This document shows positions 9,983 to 19,398 of a stretch of 64,000 bases of DNA, piece after piece. Source of the DNA: Thiotrichales bacterium (lineage in GTDB: Bacteria; Pseudomonadota; Gammaproteobacteria; Francisellales; CACEW01). The position numbers and the translations under genes were made by a program. The stretch covers positions 129,883 through 193,882 of the forward strand of contig CANJUQ010000001.1 of assembly GCA_947478175.1 (NCBI GenBank), written 5' to 3'. Under the pieces are notes generated by a model that was given only the letters and a program-made list of their open reading frames with translations, was not told the origin of the DNA and made no database searches. Each line of letters starts with the position of its first letter. The first letter of the stretch is position 1.

Positions 9983-10794
9983 TATGCTTTTCCCCCAGAT
10001 TTTAAAAATAACCGCTCAAAATTAGCGGTCGTGGATTCTGCCAAATCTAATAAAGATTCACTACGAAGCTCAGCTAGAAATTCAGCGACATATCGAACAT
10101 AAGCCGGCTGATTAGGTTTGCCTCTAAAAGGTACAGGGGTGAGATAAGGCGCGTCAGTTTCGATTAATAATTTTTCTTTAGGAATCTTTAAAGCAACAGC
10201 CTGTAATTCTTTAGCATTCTTAAAAGTGACTATTCCCGAAAAAGAAATATAAAACCCTAATTCCATGGCGGATTGCGCCATCTCCCAGGTCTCCGTAAAA
10301 CAATGCAAAACGCCACCGATTTCTTGGGCGTTCTCTTCTTGCAAAATTCTTAAAGTATCTGCTTGAGCTTCACGGGTATGAATAATCAGGGGCTTTTTAA
10401 CTTCTTTGGCTACTTGGATATGGGTTCTAAATCTTTCCTGTTGCCAGGTGATATCGCCCTTACAATGAAAATAATCCAACCCCGTTTCGCCAATGGCTAT
10501 GACCAAGGGATCTTTAGCCAGGGCTAATAATTCTTCATAAGTTGGCTCAGGATGATCTGAATCCGAGGGGTCTGCTGGATGCGCCCCCACGGAACAACTA
10601 ATGATTTCTGGATATTTTTCAGCCAAATCTCGAACGGCTTTGAAATCTTTTAAATCCACACAGACACATAACATATGCACAATGCCCTTAGACTTAGCTT
10701 CTGTAATGCAGCCTTCCAAAGAATCAAATCCTAAAGACTTAAAATCACAGCGATCTAAGTGACAGTGAGAGTCTATTAATTTAATTAAATTCAT
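9982..10794 (-). CDS. tatD: TatD-family metal-dependent hydrolase (YcfH-like)
   Basis: IDSHCHLD at the N-terminus, plus GETGLDYF, HTREA and ETDAPYL motifs. It follows holB, as in many gammaproteobacteria. Confidence 0.85.
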   Translation of the reverse strand: MNLIKLIDSHCHLDRCDFKSLGFDSLEGCITEAKSKGIVHMLCVCVDLKDFKAVRDLAEKYPEIISCSVGAHPADPSDSDHPEPTYEELLALAKDPLVIAIGETGLDYFHCKGDITWQQERFRTHIQVAKEVKKPLIIHTREAQADTLRILQEENAQEIGGVLHCFTETWEMAQSAMELGFYISFSGIVTFKNAKELQAVALKIPKEKLLIETDAPYLTPVPFRGKPNQPAYVRYVAEFLAELRSESLLDLAESTTANFERLFLKSGGKA

Positions 10795-10851
10795 TTTTAT
10801 TTTTTATTTTTAACCTGTTTATATTCTTAATTTTTAATTTTTAAAATTTTT

Positions 10852-11658
10852 TTATACCTGACTAAACGCAATCAAAAGATCTTCTGCGAATAGCACTGGA
10901 TTCAGTGGGATTTTTGAAATCAAATTTTTCTTTCTTGCCAGACATAACTCGCAAAAATCCAGTGCTTTTTCTAAATCAATTAAATCAACAGACGGATTTG
11001 TTTTGATAGTTAATCCCAGAGTTTCTTTAATTTTTTCTTGCATGACACTTTGCAGCGTTTCTAACAAAGCCAATGGATCTGTATGAAAATTTTGGGCCAA
11101 AACTAAGGGATTAAATTCAGGTTTTAATTCTTGAACTAAAGCTGGCAGGGCTATTTCAAAAACAGGAGTCTCAAAATGAATAATTTGAGAACGACTTCTC
11201 AACGTAGGTAGCAATAAATGCTCATCTGAGGCAGTCAAAATAATTAACGTATTTTCACCAGGCTCTTCGAGAGATTTTAAAAAAGCGTTAGACCCAGCTG
11301 TGTTTAAATCTTGCGCGTTCAGAACTAATACAACTCGATACTTCCCCATCGAAGCGGTTTGATGCAAAAATTCTGTCAGATCTCGAATCGCATCAATCTT
11401 GATGGTATGCGACTTTCCCTCGCCGACTAATTTTAAAAAATCTGGATGAGACTCCGCCTGAAATAATTGGCAGTTATGGCAAATGCCGCAGGACGTATGG
11501 GTTTTAGGCTTTTCGCATAATAAAAAATTAGCGAGAGATACTCCGGCTTTTTCCATCAAAATATTCTCACCCCCACTGAAAATCATCGCATGAGGCAGTC
11601 GATTTTTACGGTGAAGTTCTAAGCAATATTCAAAGGGGGAAAACAAGGGAGAAAGCAT
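10852..11658 (-). CDS. holB: DNA polymerase III delta-prime subunit
   Basis: RLPHAMIFSGG, a zinc module CGICHNCQLFQAESHPDF, and SNAFLKSLEEP. Confidence 0.8.
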   Translation of the reverse strand: MLSPLFSPFEYCLELHRKNRLPHAMIFSGGENILMEKAGVSLANFLLCEKPKTHTSCGICHNCQLFQAESHPDFLKLVGEGKSHTIKIDAIRDLTEFLHQTASMGKYRVVLVLNAQDLNTAGSNAFLKSLEEPGENTLIILTASDEHLLLPTLRSRSQIIHFETPVFEIALPALVQELKPEFNPLVLAQNFHTDPLALLETLQSVMQEKIKETLGLTIKTNPSVDLIDLEKALDFCELCLARKKNLISKIPLNPVLFAEDLLIAFSQV

Positions 11659-11700
11659 GGGTTACAAAATCTTAATCATGAATGGGTTAATAAAATAAAA

Positions 11701-12033
11701 TTAGCTGGCGGTTGCCAGTGATAATCCTTCCCAAGGATGCACTTCTTTCTTAATGATTTTAGAAAGTTCTATCTGTGCACATAACGCATCATAATTTGCC
11801 TGCATATTGATCCAAAAGTCTTCTGACATATTAAAAAAAGCCGATAGTCTTAAGGCCGTATCAGCCGACATAGAACTCTTCCCCTTAACAAGGGTATTAA
11901 TACGTTTTGCAGGAACATTAATGTCTTTTGCAAGGCGATACTGACTGATCCCCATGGGTTCTAAAAATTCCTCCAATAAAATAACGCCTGGATGTGTCGG
12001 TTTTATTCTTTTCATTTTTGGTTCCTTAATCAT
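11701..12033 (-). CDS. higA: HigA-family antitoxin (XRE HTH)
   Basis: HPGVILLEEFLEPMGISQYRLAKDINVPAKRINTLVKGK..SADTALRLSAFF. It overlaps the higB stop. Confidence 0.85.
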   Translation of the reverse strand: MIKEPKMKRIKPTHPGVILLEEFLEPMGISQYRLAKDINVPAKRINTLVKGKSSMSADTALRLSAFFNMSEDFWINMQANYDALCAQIELSKIIKKEVHPWEGLSLATAS

Positions 12034-12310
12034 GGTAATCCACCACCTCTACATTAATAGCTTCCGTCTCTTCCCATTTAAAACATATCCGCCACTGATC
12101 ATTAATTCGAATGCTGTACTGCCCCGCCCGCTTTCCTTTCAGTTTTTCTAGTCTATTTCCTGGCGGGACTCTTAAATCTGTCACCACGGTTGCAGACTTA
12201 ATCATCATCAGCTTATCCAGAGTCTTTCTTTGAATCGTTGAAGGAAATTTTAACGATTGTAATCCCTTGGATATTTTCTCTGTTTCTGGGCATTTGAAGT
12301 TTCGGATCAT
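12026..12310 (-). CDS. higB: HigB-family toxin (plasmid maintenance system killer)
   Basis: PPGNRLEKLKGKRAGQYSIRINDQWRICFKW...VVDYH is the signature of this family. Confidence 0.85.
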   Translation of the reverse strand: MIRNFKCPETEKISKGLQSLKFPSTIQRKTLDKLMMIKSATVVTDLRVPPGNRLEKLKGKRAGQYSIRINDQWRICFKWEETEAINVEVVDYHD

Positions 12311-12330
12311 TTAGTTACTTCAACACTCTC

Positions 12331-12351
12331 TAGTTACTTATTGGGTAACTA
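12331..12351. promoter_or_regulatory. Candidate higBA operator TAGTTAC-N7-GTAACTA (an extra TAGTTAC half-site at 12312-12318)
   Basis: A perfect 7-bp inverted repeat lies 21-41 bp upstream of the higB start. Confidence 0.3.
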
Positions 12352-12446
12352 TATTGTGACGCCCTAAAACTGTCTATCAATTTTTTAAAACTCAAGGGGG
12401 ACTCTATAAAAAAATAAAAAATAGCGTTTGATAGATATCACAGCTA

Positions 12447-12911
12447 TCAGGCCACTAGAACCCCTAAACTCAACTGAGTTGATTGCCGATCAGCAGCACA
12501 GATTTTCTTCAATTGAAGATACTTTTCATAAAATTGATTTCTTTCTTTAGCCGTTTTTGATTCTAACTGCTCAATAGCATAAAGCCTCAAAATCATCTCA
12601 ATATTAATATCCATGTTTGTCACTTCATCCAGAGAAGATTCCCATTTAGCAACCGCCGAGTGAGACTCATGGACAACTTCTTTTGCGAATTCTCGCAAAG
12701 ACATTGAAAAGTAAGCTCGGACAAATCTTACCTGATTCCCTGTCAATCTTTGGGACCGGGAAACTAATATCTTAATCGCTTGATCAGAGATCTTTCTGGC
12801 ATCAATTTTGGGATGCCATTCTCTATCAATTTTAACCATCTCAATTTTTTCTAGTTTGACTGGGAACCCAAGCCCGTTATAGATAAAATCTTCAACTATT
12901 TTCTTTTCCAT
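12447..12911 (-). CDS. XRE/MqsA-like HTH antitoxin partner of the DUF4258 protein
   Basis: 154 aa with the HTH segment LTGNQVRFVRAYFSMSLREFAKEV..SHSAVAKWES. Its start lies 1 nt after the upstream DUF4258 gene. Confidence 0.55.
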   Translation of the reverse strand: MEKKIVEDFIYNGLGFPVKLEKIEMVKIDREWHPKIDARKISDQAIKILVSRSQRLTGNQVRFVRAYFSMSLREFAKEVVHESHSAVAKWESSLDEVTNMDINIEMILRLYAIEQLESKTAKERNQFYEKYLQLKKICAADRQSTQLSLGVLVA

Positions 12912-12912
12912 T

Positions 12913-13248
12913 TCACTCTCCTTTCCTATTGATTCTAATGACAGTGATAATCGGCATTAGATCATCATCAAAAGAAATAATAATGCGTATTTTGTCGGCA
13001 TCGAGATTCACGCCTTCTATACAATAATTCCAATCTTGCCGCCCCTCTGCATATTTATCTTTAGCTTTATTCCGTTGCCTTTTTCTACCTGCTTTTCCCT
13101 CTAAAATATCCAGAACTTCGATATCCAAAATTTCCCTTTCTTCTAGCCTTGTCTTCGCATGATTCAAAAAAATGTAGTGCCCAGCCTGAATCTTATGACA
13201 GATAAGATTGAACAATTCTTTATCTAATTTTTTGTCTGGCTTTTTCAC
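12913..13248 (-). CDS. DUF4258-family putative toxin
   Basis: 111 aa. YIFLNHAKTRLEEREI....NYCIEG...IRIIISFDDD..PIITVI matches the DUF4258 pattern. Confidence 0.6.
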   Translation of the reverse strand: MKKPDKKLDKELFNLICHKIQAGHYIFLNHAKTRLEEREILDIEVLDILEGKAGRKRQRNKAKDKYAEGRQDWNYCIEGVNLDADKIRIIISFDDDLMPIITVIRINRKGE

Positions 13249-13483
13249 TAGGTTGCGACCCCTCTATCAACTCTTGAGATAATAAAGCAAAAATAAATAC
13301 TGTAAACCAAGATTACAAAATAAAATATAATTTACTTAAAAATCAAAATTATAAAAATAATAAAATATCTAATATTTGTTTTATTTTTAAAAAGACCAAA
13401 AAGACACCCAATGGTTCTATTGAGAACTTATTCAATATTTAATATCGTATTTTTTAATAATTTAAATCTTATTTAGGCCCCCT

Positions 13484-14614
13484 GTGATCTTACTAAAACA
13501 CTTACTTGTACTTTTTGTTTTAATTTTAATTTCTCCCTATCTCTCTGCTGTCTCTCCCGCCATTTTATCTCTGAATAATTCCCCGCCAAATCCCCTACAA
13601 AGAACCGATCCATTTAGTTCATCTTTTATTTCTAATATTTCTAATCCCACCCCCAGCTCGTCTAATCAAAATTCACTCTCTTTTGCTGTCATTCCCCTTC
13701 AAAATGCTCAAGCCAAACAGGTCACCGATCTAATCAAACAAGACCCTGATTTAATTTCTCCTGGCGGTGGCATTAGTTTTGATGAACGCACGAATGTCTT
13801 AATGCTCAGTGATTCAGAACAAAATCTCGAGAAAATCAAAATCTTGCTCAAATCTATCGATATCCCTGTCTATCAAATCTTGATCGAAGCTCGAATTATT
13901 GAAGTCGAAAAATCAGCTTTAAAAGAATTAGGCGTCACTCAGGGTGTCAATGCCAATGGTGATTTATTACCCAATATGGTGATGGGCAATGGCAACTCAC
14001 TCAGATCCGGCGTTGCCTTAGGTGCCATGGGCCAACTCGCCAATGGCATCGTTAATCCAGCAGGTGCTTTGGGTTTTACGCTCCAGAAACTCCCTGGGGG
14101 ATTTTTATTAGATTTACAAATTCAAGCTTTAGAATCAGAAGGAGAAGCTCAGGTTATTTCTTCACCAAAATTAATGGTCTTAAATAACCAAGAAGCCGTG
14201 ATTGAACAAGGCGCTGAAGTTCCTTATCTCTCTGCTGCTTTGAATGGCGCCACGCAAGTCCAATTTAAAAAAGCCGTTTTATCTCTCAAAGTTCGACCTG
14301 AAGTTAATTCTAATCATCAGATTTTATTAACCCTGCAAGTCAATAAAGACAAAGTTTCGACCATTTCAGTCCAAGCCCAAGGTACCCCTGTCATAGACAC
14401 GCGTGAAATTAATACCCAAGTCGAAGTGGCTGATGGACAGACCCTAGTGTTAGGCGGAATCTATGAAGAACTAGATTCTAAAACGACTAGGGGCATTCCA
14501 GGCTTAGATAAACTCCCAGGACTGGGATGGCTGTTTAGAACTCAAGGCCATCACAATCAAGAATCAGAAATGCTAATTTTTATTACGCCATCACTACAAA
14601 AATTAAAATATTAA
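13484..14614 (+). CDS. pilQ: Short PilQ-type secretin (N1-like plus secretin domains only)
   Basis: GTG start and a signal-peptide-like N-terminus. Motifs: FDERTNVLMLSD..L.KI..LLKSIDIPVYQILIEARIIEV; VISSPKLMVLNNQEAVIEQGAEVPY; GIPGLDKLPGLGWLFR..EMLIFITPS. At 376 aa it is about half the usual PilQ length. Confidence 0.75.
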   Translation: MILLKHLLVLFVLILISPYLSAVSPAILSLNNSPPNPLQRTDPFSSSFISNISNPTPSSSNQNSLSFAVIPLQNAQAKQVTDLIKQDPDLISPGGGISFDERTNVLMLSDSEQNLEKIKILLKSIDIPVYQILIEARIIEVEKSALKELGVTQGVNANGDLLPNMVMGNGNSLRSGVALGAMGQLANGIVNPAGALGFTLQKLPGGFLLDLQIQALESEGEAQVISSPKLMVLNNQEAVIEQGAEVPYLSAALNGATQVQFKKAVLSLKVRPEVNSNHQILLTLQVNKDKVSTISVQAQGTPVIDTREINTQVEVADGQTLVLGGIYEELDSKTTRGIPGLDKLPGLGWLFRTQGHHNQESEMLIFITPSLQKLKY

Positions 14615-14618
14615 AATA

Positions 14619-14650
14619 TTAATAAAGCCTTAAGATGCTCCAAACACAAT
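14619..14650 (+). promoter_or_regulatory. Candidate PmrA-type box plus -10 element
   Basis: TTAAT (14619-14623) and cTTAAG (14630-14634) are 11 bp apart. CACAAT (14645-14650) starts 15 bp after the second repeat, the same geometry as at 1885-1916. Confidence 0.4.
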
Positions 14651-14691
14651 GCGCGCCGTTAAATAAAATAAATAAAAAAATGGAGATCTTT

Positions 14692-17600
14692 ATGTCAGGA
14701 CTATTAGAGGCGCCTAGCCCCTCCTCTGGCCCAGAAGTTATTGCTTACCTGGACGCCTTAGAAGCCGCTGTTCGATCCAATGAGCTTGAACCAGTTAAAA
14801 CTAAAATTTCTGAGCGCCCTTTCGTTTTTTTAGATCCCGCTTTCCATGAAATTCTCGTAACAAGAGAATCCTTTCTCCATATTGCTATTCGAAATGACAA
14901 TCTAGAAATCACTGAATTACTCTTATCACAAGGTGCCTGCGTCGATGATCTAGGACATGTTCCTGGTTCACCTGCTGATGTCTTTAACTCTGTATTGACC
15001 CAAGCTGTCATGCAGAATAATGCTCAAATCATTCAGCTGTTGATAAAAAATGGCGCACAAATTTTAGTCTCTTGTTTTTTTAAGCCTACCCATGAAGCCA
15101 CGAAAGAATCCTCCTTATTTGATTGCGCCATAGAAAATGACTGTTATGCCGCAGCGGCTGTTTTAGTTAGAAATGGCGCGCAAATGCAAAAGTTTTTACA
15201 CCGTATTTCTATTGAAAACTGTAACGACGATTTATTTAAAACCCTGAGTGAAACCGCACAAACTCATGGGATTAAAATTCTTAATATTCCTGAAAAACTT
15301 CGAACAGAACTTGCTCAAAGTCCAGGCTGTCAAAACTGCATCCCTCTTCTCAGCCCTTGTATCGTCAAGCCTCAATTTAGCTTGATTGATTATTCAAAAG
15401 CGAAAGATCTGGCTCCCGTCTTATCTGATCCAGAAAAACAATCTTATTTAGAACTCTTCACACTGGTTTTTTCGACCCAACCCATTTCGCTCCCTGCAGA
15501 ACCCGGGATTCACGAAAACATCATCCATTTTGCTTCTGAGTTAGGATTAAATTCAAATCTAGATTTAGATTCAGCTAGCTCACCCGCAATTTCTAATACA
15601 GACCTGATATTAAAATTATTAAACAGTCTTTGCGGGGACATACAATCTTATTTAGCCCCTGCCTCTCAGCCTATTTTTGAAGAGTTTGCTAATAAATTTA
15701 TATCACGTGCCATTCCTCATACGACTGAAGCCCACATGTATGCCGAGGTTGCACTGTGCTTAGTTGAGCTTAAAAAAACCATTAAAAACTCTCTCGAAAA
15801 CGGAATGCCAGAAAGCCTTCTTCGTCAAAAACTGTGCGCTTACAGTTCAGAATTTTCTGCTTGTCATGCGGCTCTGTCAGAAGCTTTAAATTCTTTAAGT
15901 TTAAAAATCCGTGCGGGTTCCATGGCCCCTGTTCAAGAAAGACTAGCCATGCATATCACCGATGAGCTAACCCGATATTTTAGAAATTATTCCCGAGTGG
16001 ATGGGGGCATTGAAAATCATGTTTATTCAGACGGTCTTTATGAGTTATTTTCTCTCAAACCCAAAGGAAAACCGGCTGACGAATACAGCGTCTACATAGA
16101 CACCCCTGAATTACTCAGCATGGCTAGTCGAATTTGTAAAAATTTCGATCAAACAGCTTTATATGAATTATTGGGCCAAGACGAAAGATTCAAAATTTTT
16201 ATCCCTTTTACTCGCTATAAAATATTCAGCCCTGTCAGCGAAGGCTTAGTCAAAGCTCAAGGTGAAATTTTTGCAGCTTCTGGAATTTCGCCCCTCCATG
16301 GCCAAGTTTTGTATTCTGTTTTACATGCCTGCTTTGGGATTAGCCCAGAGGCCATTGAACAAATTCATAAGATTCTTAATCTAGAGTCTGACAGTGAAAT
16401 TATTCCTGAAATTAGCCCAGAGCCTTTGACATTAGAGCTCTTAGAAGAACTTGAACTCCCCTGTGTCTACGGCCCTTACTTTCCTGTGCAGCTCTTAGGC
16501 AAACATATGGCCAAATCAGTGGGCTTAGTTCAGAAAAAAGAAACCACTCAAACCCAAGCTGTTTTTAATTTTCTCACTCAAGAAATCGCAACCCTATCCC
16601 CCGATGACTTGGGTCTCTGGCGCACCCTACTAACAATAATAGACGGCATGACTTTATTCGAAAAAACTTGGCAAGCCTTCTGCGAAAACAACATCGAAAA
16701 TTGGATGCAAGCGACTCCTGAAATGATTATCACGCCTCATCCTGAACTAGGCATCAGTCTTTATGACAGATTGACTTGTGATGCTTTTGTAGGCGCGCCT
16801 CTATTGCTGGACAAAATTCTGGATCAATTTCCTGGCTTAGACGACGAATCAGATGATGAATCAGAGCCTGACATTGTTGAACATCATGAAATAATAGCGC
16901 CACCAGGCGGCAGAACAGCACTGAATACCCTGGCTATGTCTGCAATGACTCTCCCAGACAGTGATGATTCGGATGAATCTAATGACGATGAAGAAAATCC
17001 TCTTAATCTTGCTGGTGCATTTTTACCACCCATAGAAGAGGAAGAAGAAGAGGAGCTGCAGGAATTTGAATTAGACACAAGCCTTAAATCACTTCTTGAA
17101 ATCTCTTCCAAGTTTATGCAAATCAAAGGTCTCCCTTGTTTAATGCAAGGCAGTTGGTTTTACTTTATTCATCATTTTCTCCAAAAATCGGAAACAGCGA
17201 CTACAGAAGCCATTTCAGAATCTTTATTCTCTAGAGGCTTTGGATATGAATCTATCCTGACCGGGTCTTTTGCAGATCTTTTTACTTCTGCCCTGGTACT
17301 CAATGACCAAGATGATACCGACGTCATATTTAAAGCCGCACAAATCCAGTTAAGTGACTGGGTAGAAGACACGCTGGCTAGCTTTAGAAAGCAGAATAAT
17401 CCTCACGCCTTCATGAAATTGGCCCTGCAAAGTCCTCAGTACAGCGATTTGAATTGGGAATGCTTTAAACCTGACATGCCTTGGCAAGCCCTGCTTCGTT
17501 TATACAAATATTCACTTGACCAATTCGAGCGCTCTCCTCTTCCGGGTCTAAAAGCACAAAAACAGCTGGACAATTATCAATATTTTGAAGCTCAATTATG

Positions 17601-18081
17601 GTCTGTATTTTTAACCCTCTCGACCCGTACAATAGCCACCCCAAGCCCCTCTTACGAAGAACTTCAAATCCAAATGCTTCAACAAATCCAAGTGCTTCGC
17701 GCCAGCGCCCTTCGTATTATTACTCAGCGCCAGGTCCAGCTCAGTTCTTTAGCGCCCTCTTCCAGGCCGATCAGTCACTCTTTTTCATCCGTCTCACTGC
17801 CCAACTCAGGTTCTCCAGATTCTTCTTCGAGTCCTTTTTTAGGAAACCACGCCTTGCTTTTCAGCCCTTCTGGCTTACCAATGAATTTCCTATCGCTCTC
17901 TCACCCAGGACAAGAAAGCAGCTCGGATTCAGATTCAGCAGGTTCTGAATCTGGCTGTGAGTCTGGCTATGAATCAGAGCATGAATCAGACCATGAATCA
18001 GGAAGTGAAACAGAGGATGATTCAGATGAAGGCGCTTCACCCTCTGGAAATGGCAGACCCTACAAACGTTCACGCCCTTAG
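14692..18081 (+). CDS. Large ankyrin-repeat protein with acidic blocks and a Ser/Glu/Asp-rich C-terminus; secreted-effector candidate
   Basis: GGAG sits 6 nt before the ATG at 14692; the ORF-track start at 14635 lies inside the putative promoter. ANK-like repeats: LHIAIRNDNLEITELLLSQGACVDD, AVMQNNAQIIQLLIKNGAQI, AIENDCYAAAAVLVRNGAQM. Acidic runs: DDESDDESEPD, DSDDSDESNDDEEN, EEEEEEE. The tail is ESGYESEHESDHESGSETEDDSDE..GRPYKRSRP. Confidence 0.7.
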   Translation: MSGLLEAPSPSSGPEVIAYLDALEAAVRSNELEPVKTKISERPFVFLDPAFHEILVTRESFLHIAIRNDNLEITELLLSQGACVDDLGHVPGSPADVFNSVLTQAVMQNNAQIIQLLIKNGAQILVSCFFKPTHEATKESSLFDCAIENDCYAAAAVLVRNGAQMQKFLHRISIENCNDDLFKTLSETAQTHGIKILNIPEKLRTELAQSPGCQNCIPLLSPCIVKPQFSLIDYSKAKDLAPVLSDPEKQSYLELFTLVFSTQPISLPAEPGIHENIIHFASELGLNSNLDLDSASSPAISNTDLILKLLNSLCGDIQSYLAPASQPIFEEFANKFISRAIPHTTEAHMYAEVALCLVELKKTIKNSLENGMPESLLRQKLCAYSSEFSACHAALSEALNSLSLKIRAGSMAPVQERLAMHITDELTRYFRNYSRVDGGIENHVYSDGLYELFSLKPKGKPADEYSVYIDTPELLSMASRICKNFDQTALYELLGQDERFKIFIPFTRYKIFSPVSEGLVKAQGEIFAASGISPLHGQVLYSVLHACFGISPEAIEQIHKILNLESDSEIIPEISPEPLTLELLEELELPCVYGPYFPVQLLGKHMAKSVGLVQKKETTQTQAVFNFLTQEIATLSPDDLGLWRTLLTIIDGMTLFEKTWQAFCENNIENWMQATPEMIITPHPELGISLYDRLTCDAFVGAPLLLDKILDQFPGLDDESDDESEPDIVEHHEIIAPPGGRTALNTLAMSAMTLPDSDDSDESNDDEENPLNLAGAFLPPIEEEEEEELQEFELDTSLKSLLEISSKFMQIKGLPCLMQGSWFYFIHHFLQKSETATTEAISESLFSRGFGYESILTGSFADLFTSALVLNDQDDTDVIFKAAQIQLSDWVEDTLASFRKQNNPHAFMKLALQSPQYSDLNWECFKPDMPWQALLRLYKYSLDQFERSPLPGLKAQKQLDNYQYFEAQLWSVFLTLSTRTIATPSPSYEELQIQMLQQIQVLRASALRIITQRQVQLSSLAPSSRPISHSFSSVSLPNSGSPDSSSSPFLGNHALLFSPSGLPMNFLSLSHPGQESSSDSDSAGSESGCESGYESEHESDHESGSETEDDSDEGASPSGNGRPYKRSRP

Positions 18082-18157
18082 TGGCTTGCCGCTCGCGAAT
18101 TTAAATTTTAGCCTTAAAATCCGCCCTCTGTTTTTTCTAGATTTTTAAAGAGATTTC

Positions 18158-18745
18158 ATGGCCAAACTGCATTTTTATTATTCTGCAATGAACGCAGGTA
18201 AGACGACGATTTTGCTGCAATCCAATTACAACTATTGCGAACGCGGCATGAATACTTTGCTGTACACCCCCAAAATAGATAACCGAGTTCAAGAAGGTCT
18301 GATTGCATCCAGAATTGGTTTGAAAGCTGAAGCTAAGCCCTTTGATCCCGATTTTAATATCTATGACGACATCAAAGCTGAAAATCAAAAACATAAAATT
18401 CACTGCGTCTTTGTCGACGAGGCGCAATTTTTAAATAAAAAACAAGTTGAACAGCTAACTGACATTGTCGATTTTTTAGATATTCCCGTTCTCACTTATG
18501 GCCTGAGGTCAGACTATATGGGTCAACCATTTGAAGGCAGCTTGTATCTCATGACCTGGGCAGAAGAACTCTCTGAAATTAAAACCGTCTGTCATTGCGG
18601 ATCAAAAGCGACCATGGTTTTAAGATTGGACCCTGAAGGGAAACCCATGATGTCTGGGAATCAAATTATGATTGGCGGCAATGAGTCTTATTTATCCGTC
18701 TGTCGCAAGCATTATAAAAAGGGCGATACGGGGGTTATTAAATAA
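18158..18745 (+). CDS. tdk: Thymidine kinase
   Basis: P-loop SAMNAGKTT, the motif FVDEAQFL, and zinc ligands CHCG...CRKH. Confidence 0.9.
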   Translation: MAKLHFYYSAMNAGKTTILLQSNYNYCERGMNTLLYTPKIDNRVQEGLIASRIGLKAEAKPFDPDFNIYDDIKAENQKHKIHCVFVDEAQFLNKKQVEQLTDIVDFLDIPVLTYGLRSDYMGQPFEGSLYLMTWAEELSEIKTVCHCGSKATMVLRLDPEGKPMMSGNQIMIGGNESYLSVCRKHYKKGDTGVIK

Positions 18746-18758
18746 ATAGCCAAAACCC

Positions 18759-18773
18759 AATCCTGCTAAAAAA
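18759..18773. repeat. 15-bp direct repeat AATCCTGCTAAAAAA, left copy (right copy at 20741-20755)
   Basis: This exact 15-mer occurs 14 nt after the tdk stop and again 22 nt after the hipA stop, so it brackets the twin hairpins plus hipBA. Confidence 0.6.
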
Positions 18774-18825
18774 CCAATAATAAAAATTTATAATCTTTTG
18801 ATAAATAAAAATAATTTATATTATC

Positions 18826-18917
18826 ACCTCACGAAACAGTAATTTTCCATTTTCATGAGGTAAAAATCTGGATAACTCTCACCTCACGAAATCGACATTT
18901 CCCATTTTCGTGAGGTG
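18826..18917. repeat. Two tandem ~38-nt hairpin units (stem ACCTCACGAAA / TTTCrTGAGGT, loops ~13-14 nt), period ~55 bp
   Basis: Unit 1 spans 18826-18861 and has one stem mismatch. Unit 2 spans 18880-18917 with a perfect 12-bp stem CACCTCACGAAA/TTTCGTGAGGTG. The loops are also related (..ATTTTCCAT / ..ATTTCCCAT). Confidence 0.75.
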
Positions 18918-19032
18918 AAATGGGCCTATGTCTCAAAATTCTTACAAGAAAAATACCCAAAAAACTAGCTTTATTTTCAATAAATGTTAGATTTAAACGA
19001 CATAAATATTAATTGTGTTTAATAAATCAAAC

Positions 19033-19398
19033 ATGTCAAGAATATCCAAAACAGCTAAAACACCCCCTGCAGCTATCGAAAAAGCTTTAAAAAACTGGGG
19101 TAACAATATTTATATCGCCCGGATGAGACGGGGCATGCGCCTTCAAGATCTGGCAGATCGTATTGGGATTTCACGATTTTTAATGTCAGATATTGAAAAA
19201 GGAAAACCTAGCGCAGCCGTTTCTTATTATCTCAGTGCCTTATGGGCAATGGGTCTTTTAGAGACTTGCTCCAATATTGGCGACCCTGACCAAGACCCTG
19301 AAGGCAAAATCTTAGAAAGAGCTCATGCTCCCAAAAGAGCCTCCAAAAAAACCAGTGTTCTCATCAATCAAAAAGGGGAGCTTGATAATGATTTCTAA
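19033..19398 (+). CDS. hipB: HipB-like XRE-family antitoxin/regulator
   Basis: HTH segment RMRRGMRLQDLADRIGISRFLMSDIEKGKPS. The stop overlaps the hipA start by 11 nt. I prefer the ATG at 19033 to the GTG at 19015. Confidence 0.7.
   Translation: MSRISKTAKTPPAAIEKALKNWGNNIYIARMRRGMRLQDLADRIGISRFLMSDIEKGKPSAAVSYYLSALWAMGLLETCSNIGDPDQDPEGKILERAHAPKRASKKTSVLINQKGELDNDF

Noticed and set aside
14635-14691. The 5' extension of the ankyrin ORF (MLQTQCAPLNKINKK...) given in the ORF track.
   Set aside because: The ATG at 14635 lies inside the putative TTAAT box/-10 region and has no RBS. The ATG at 14692 has GGAG at the optimal distance.
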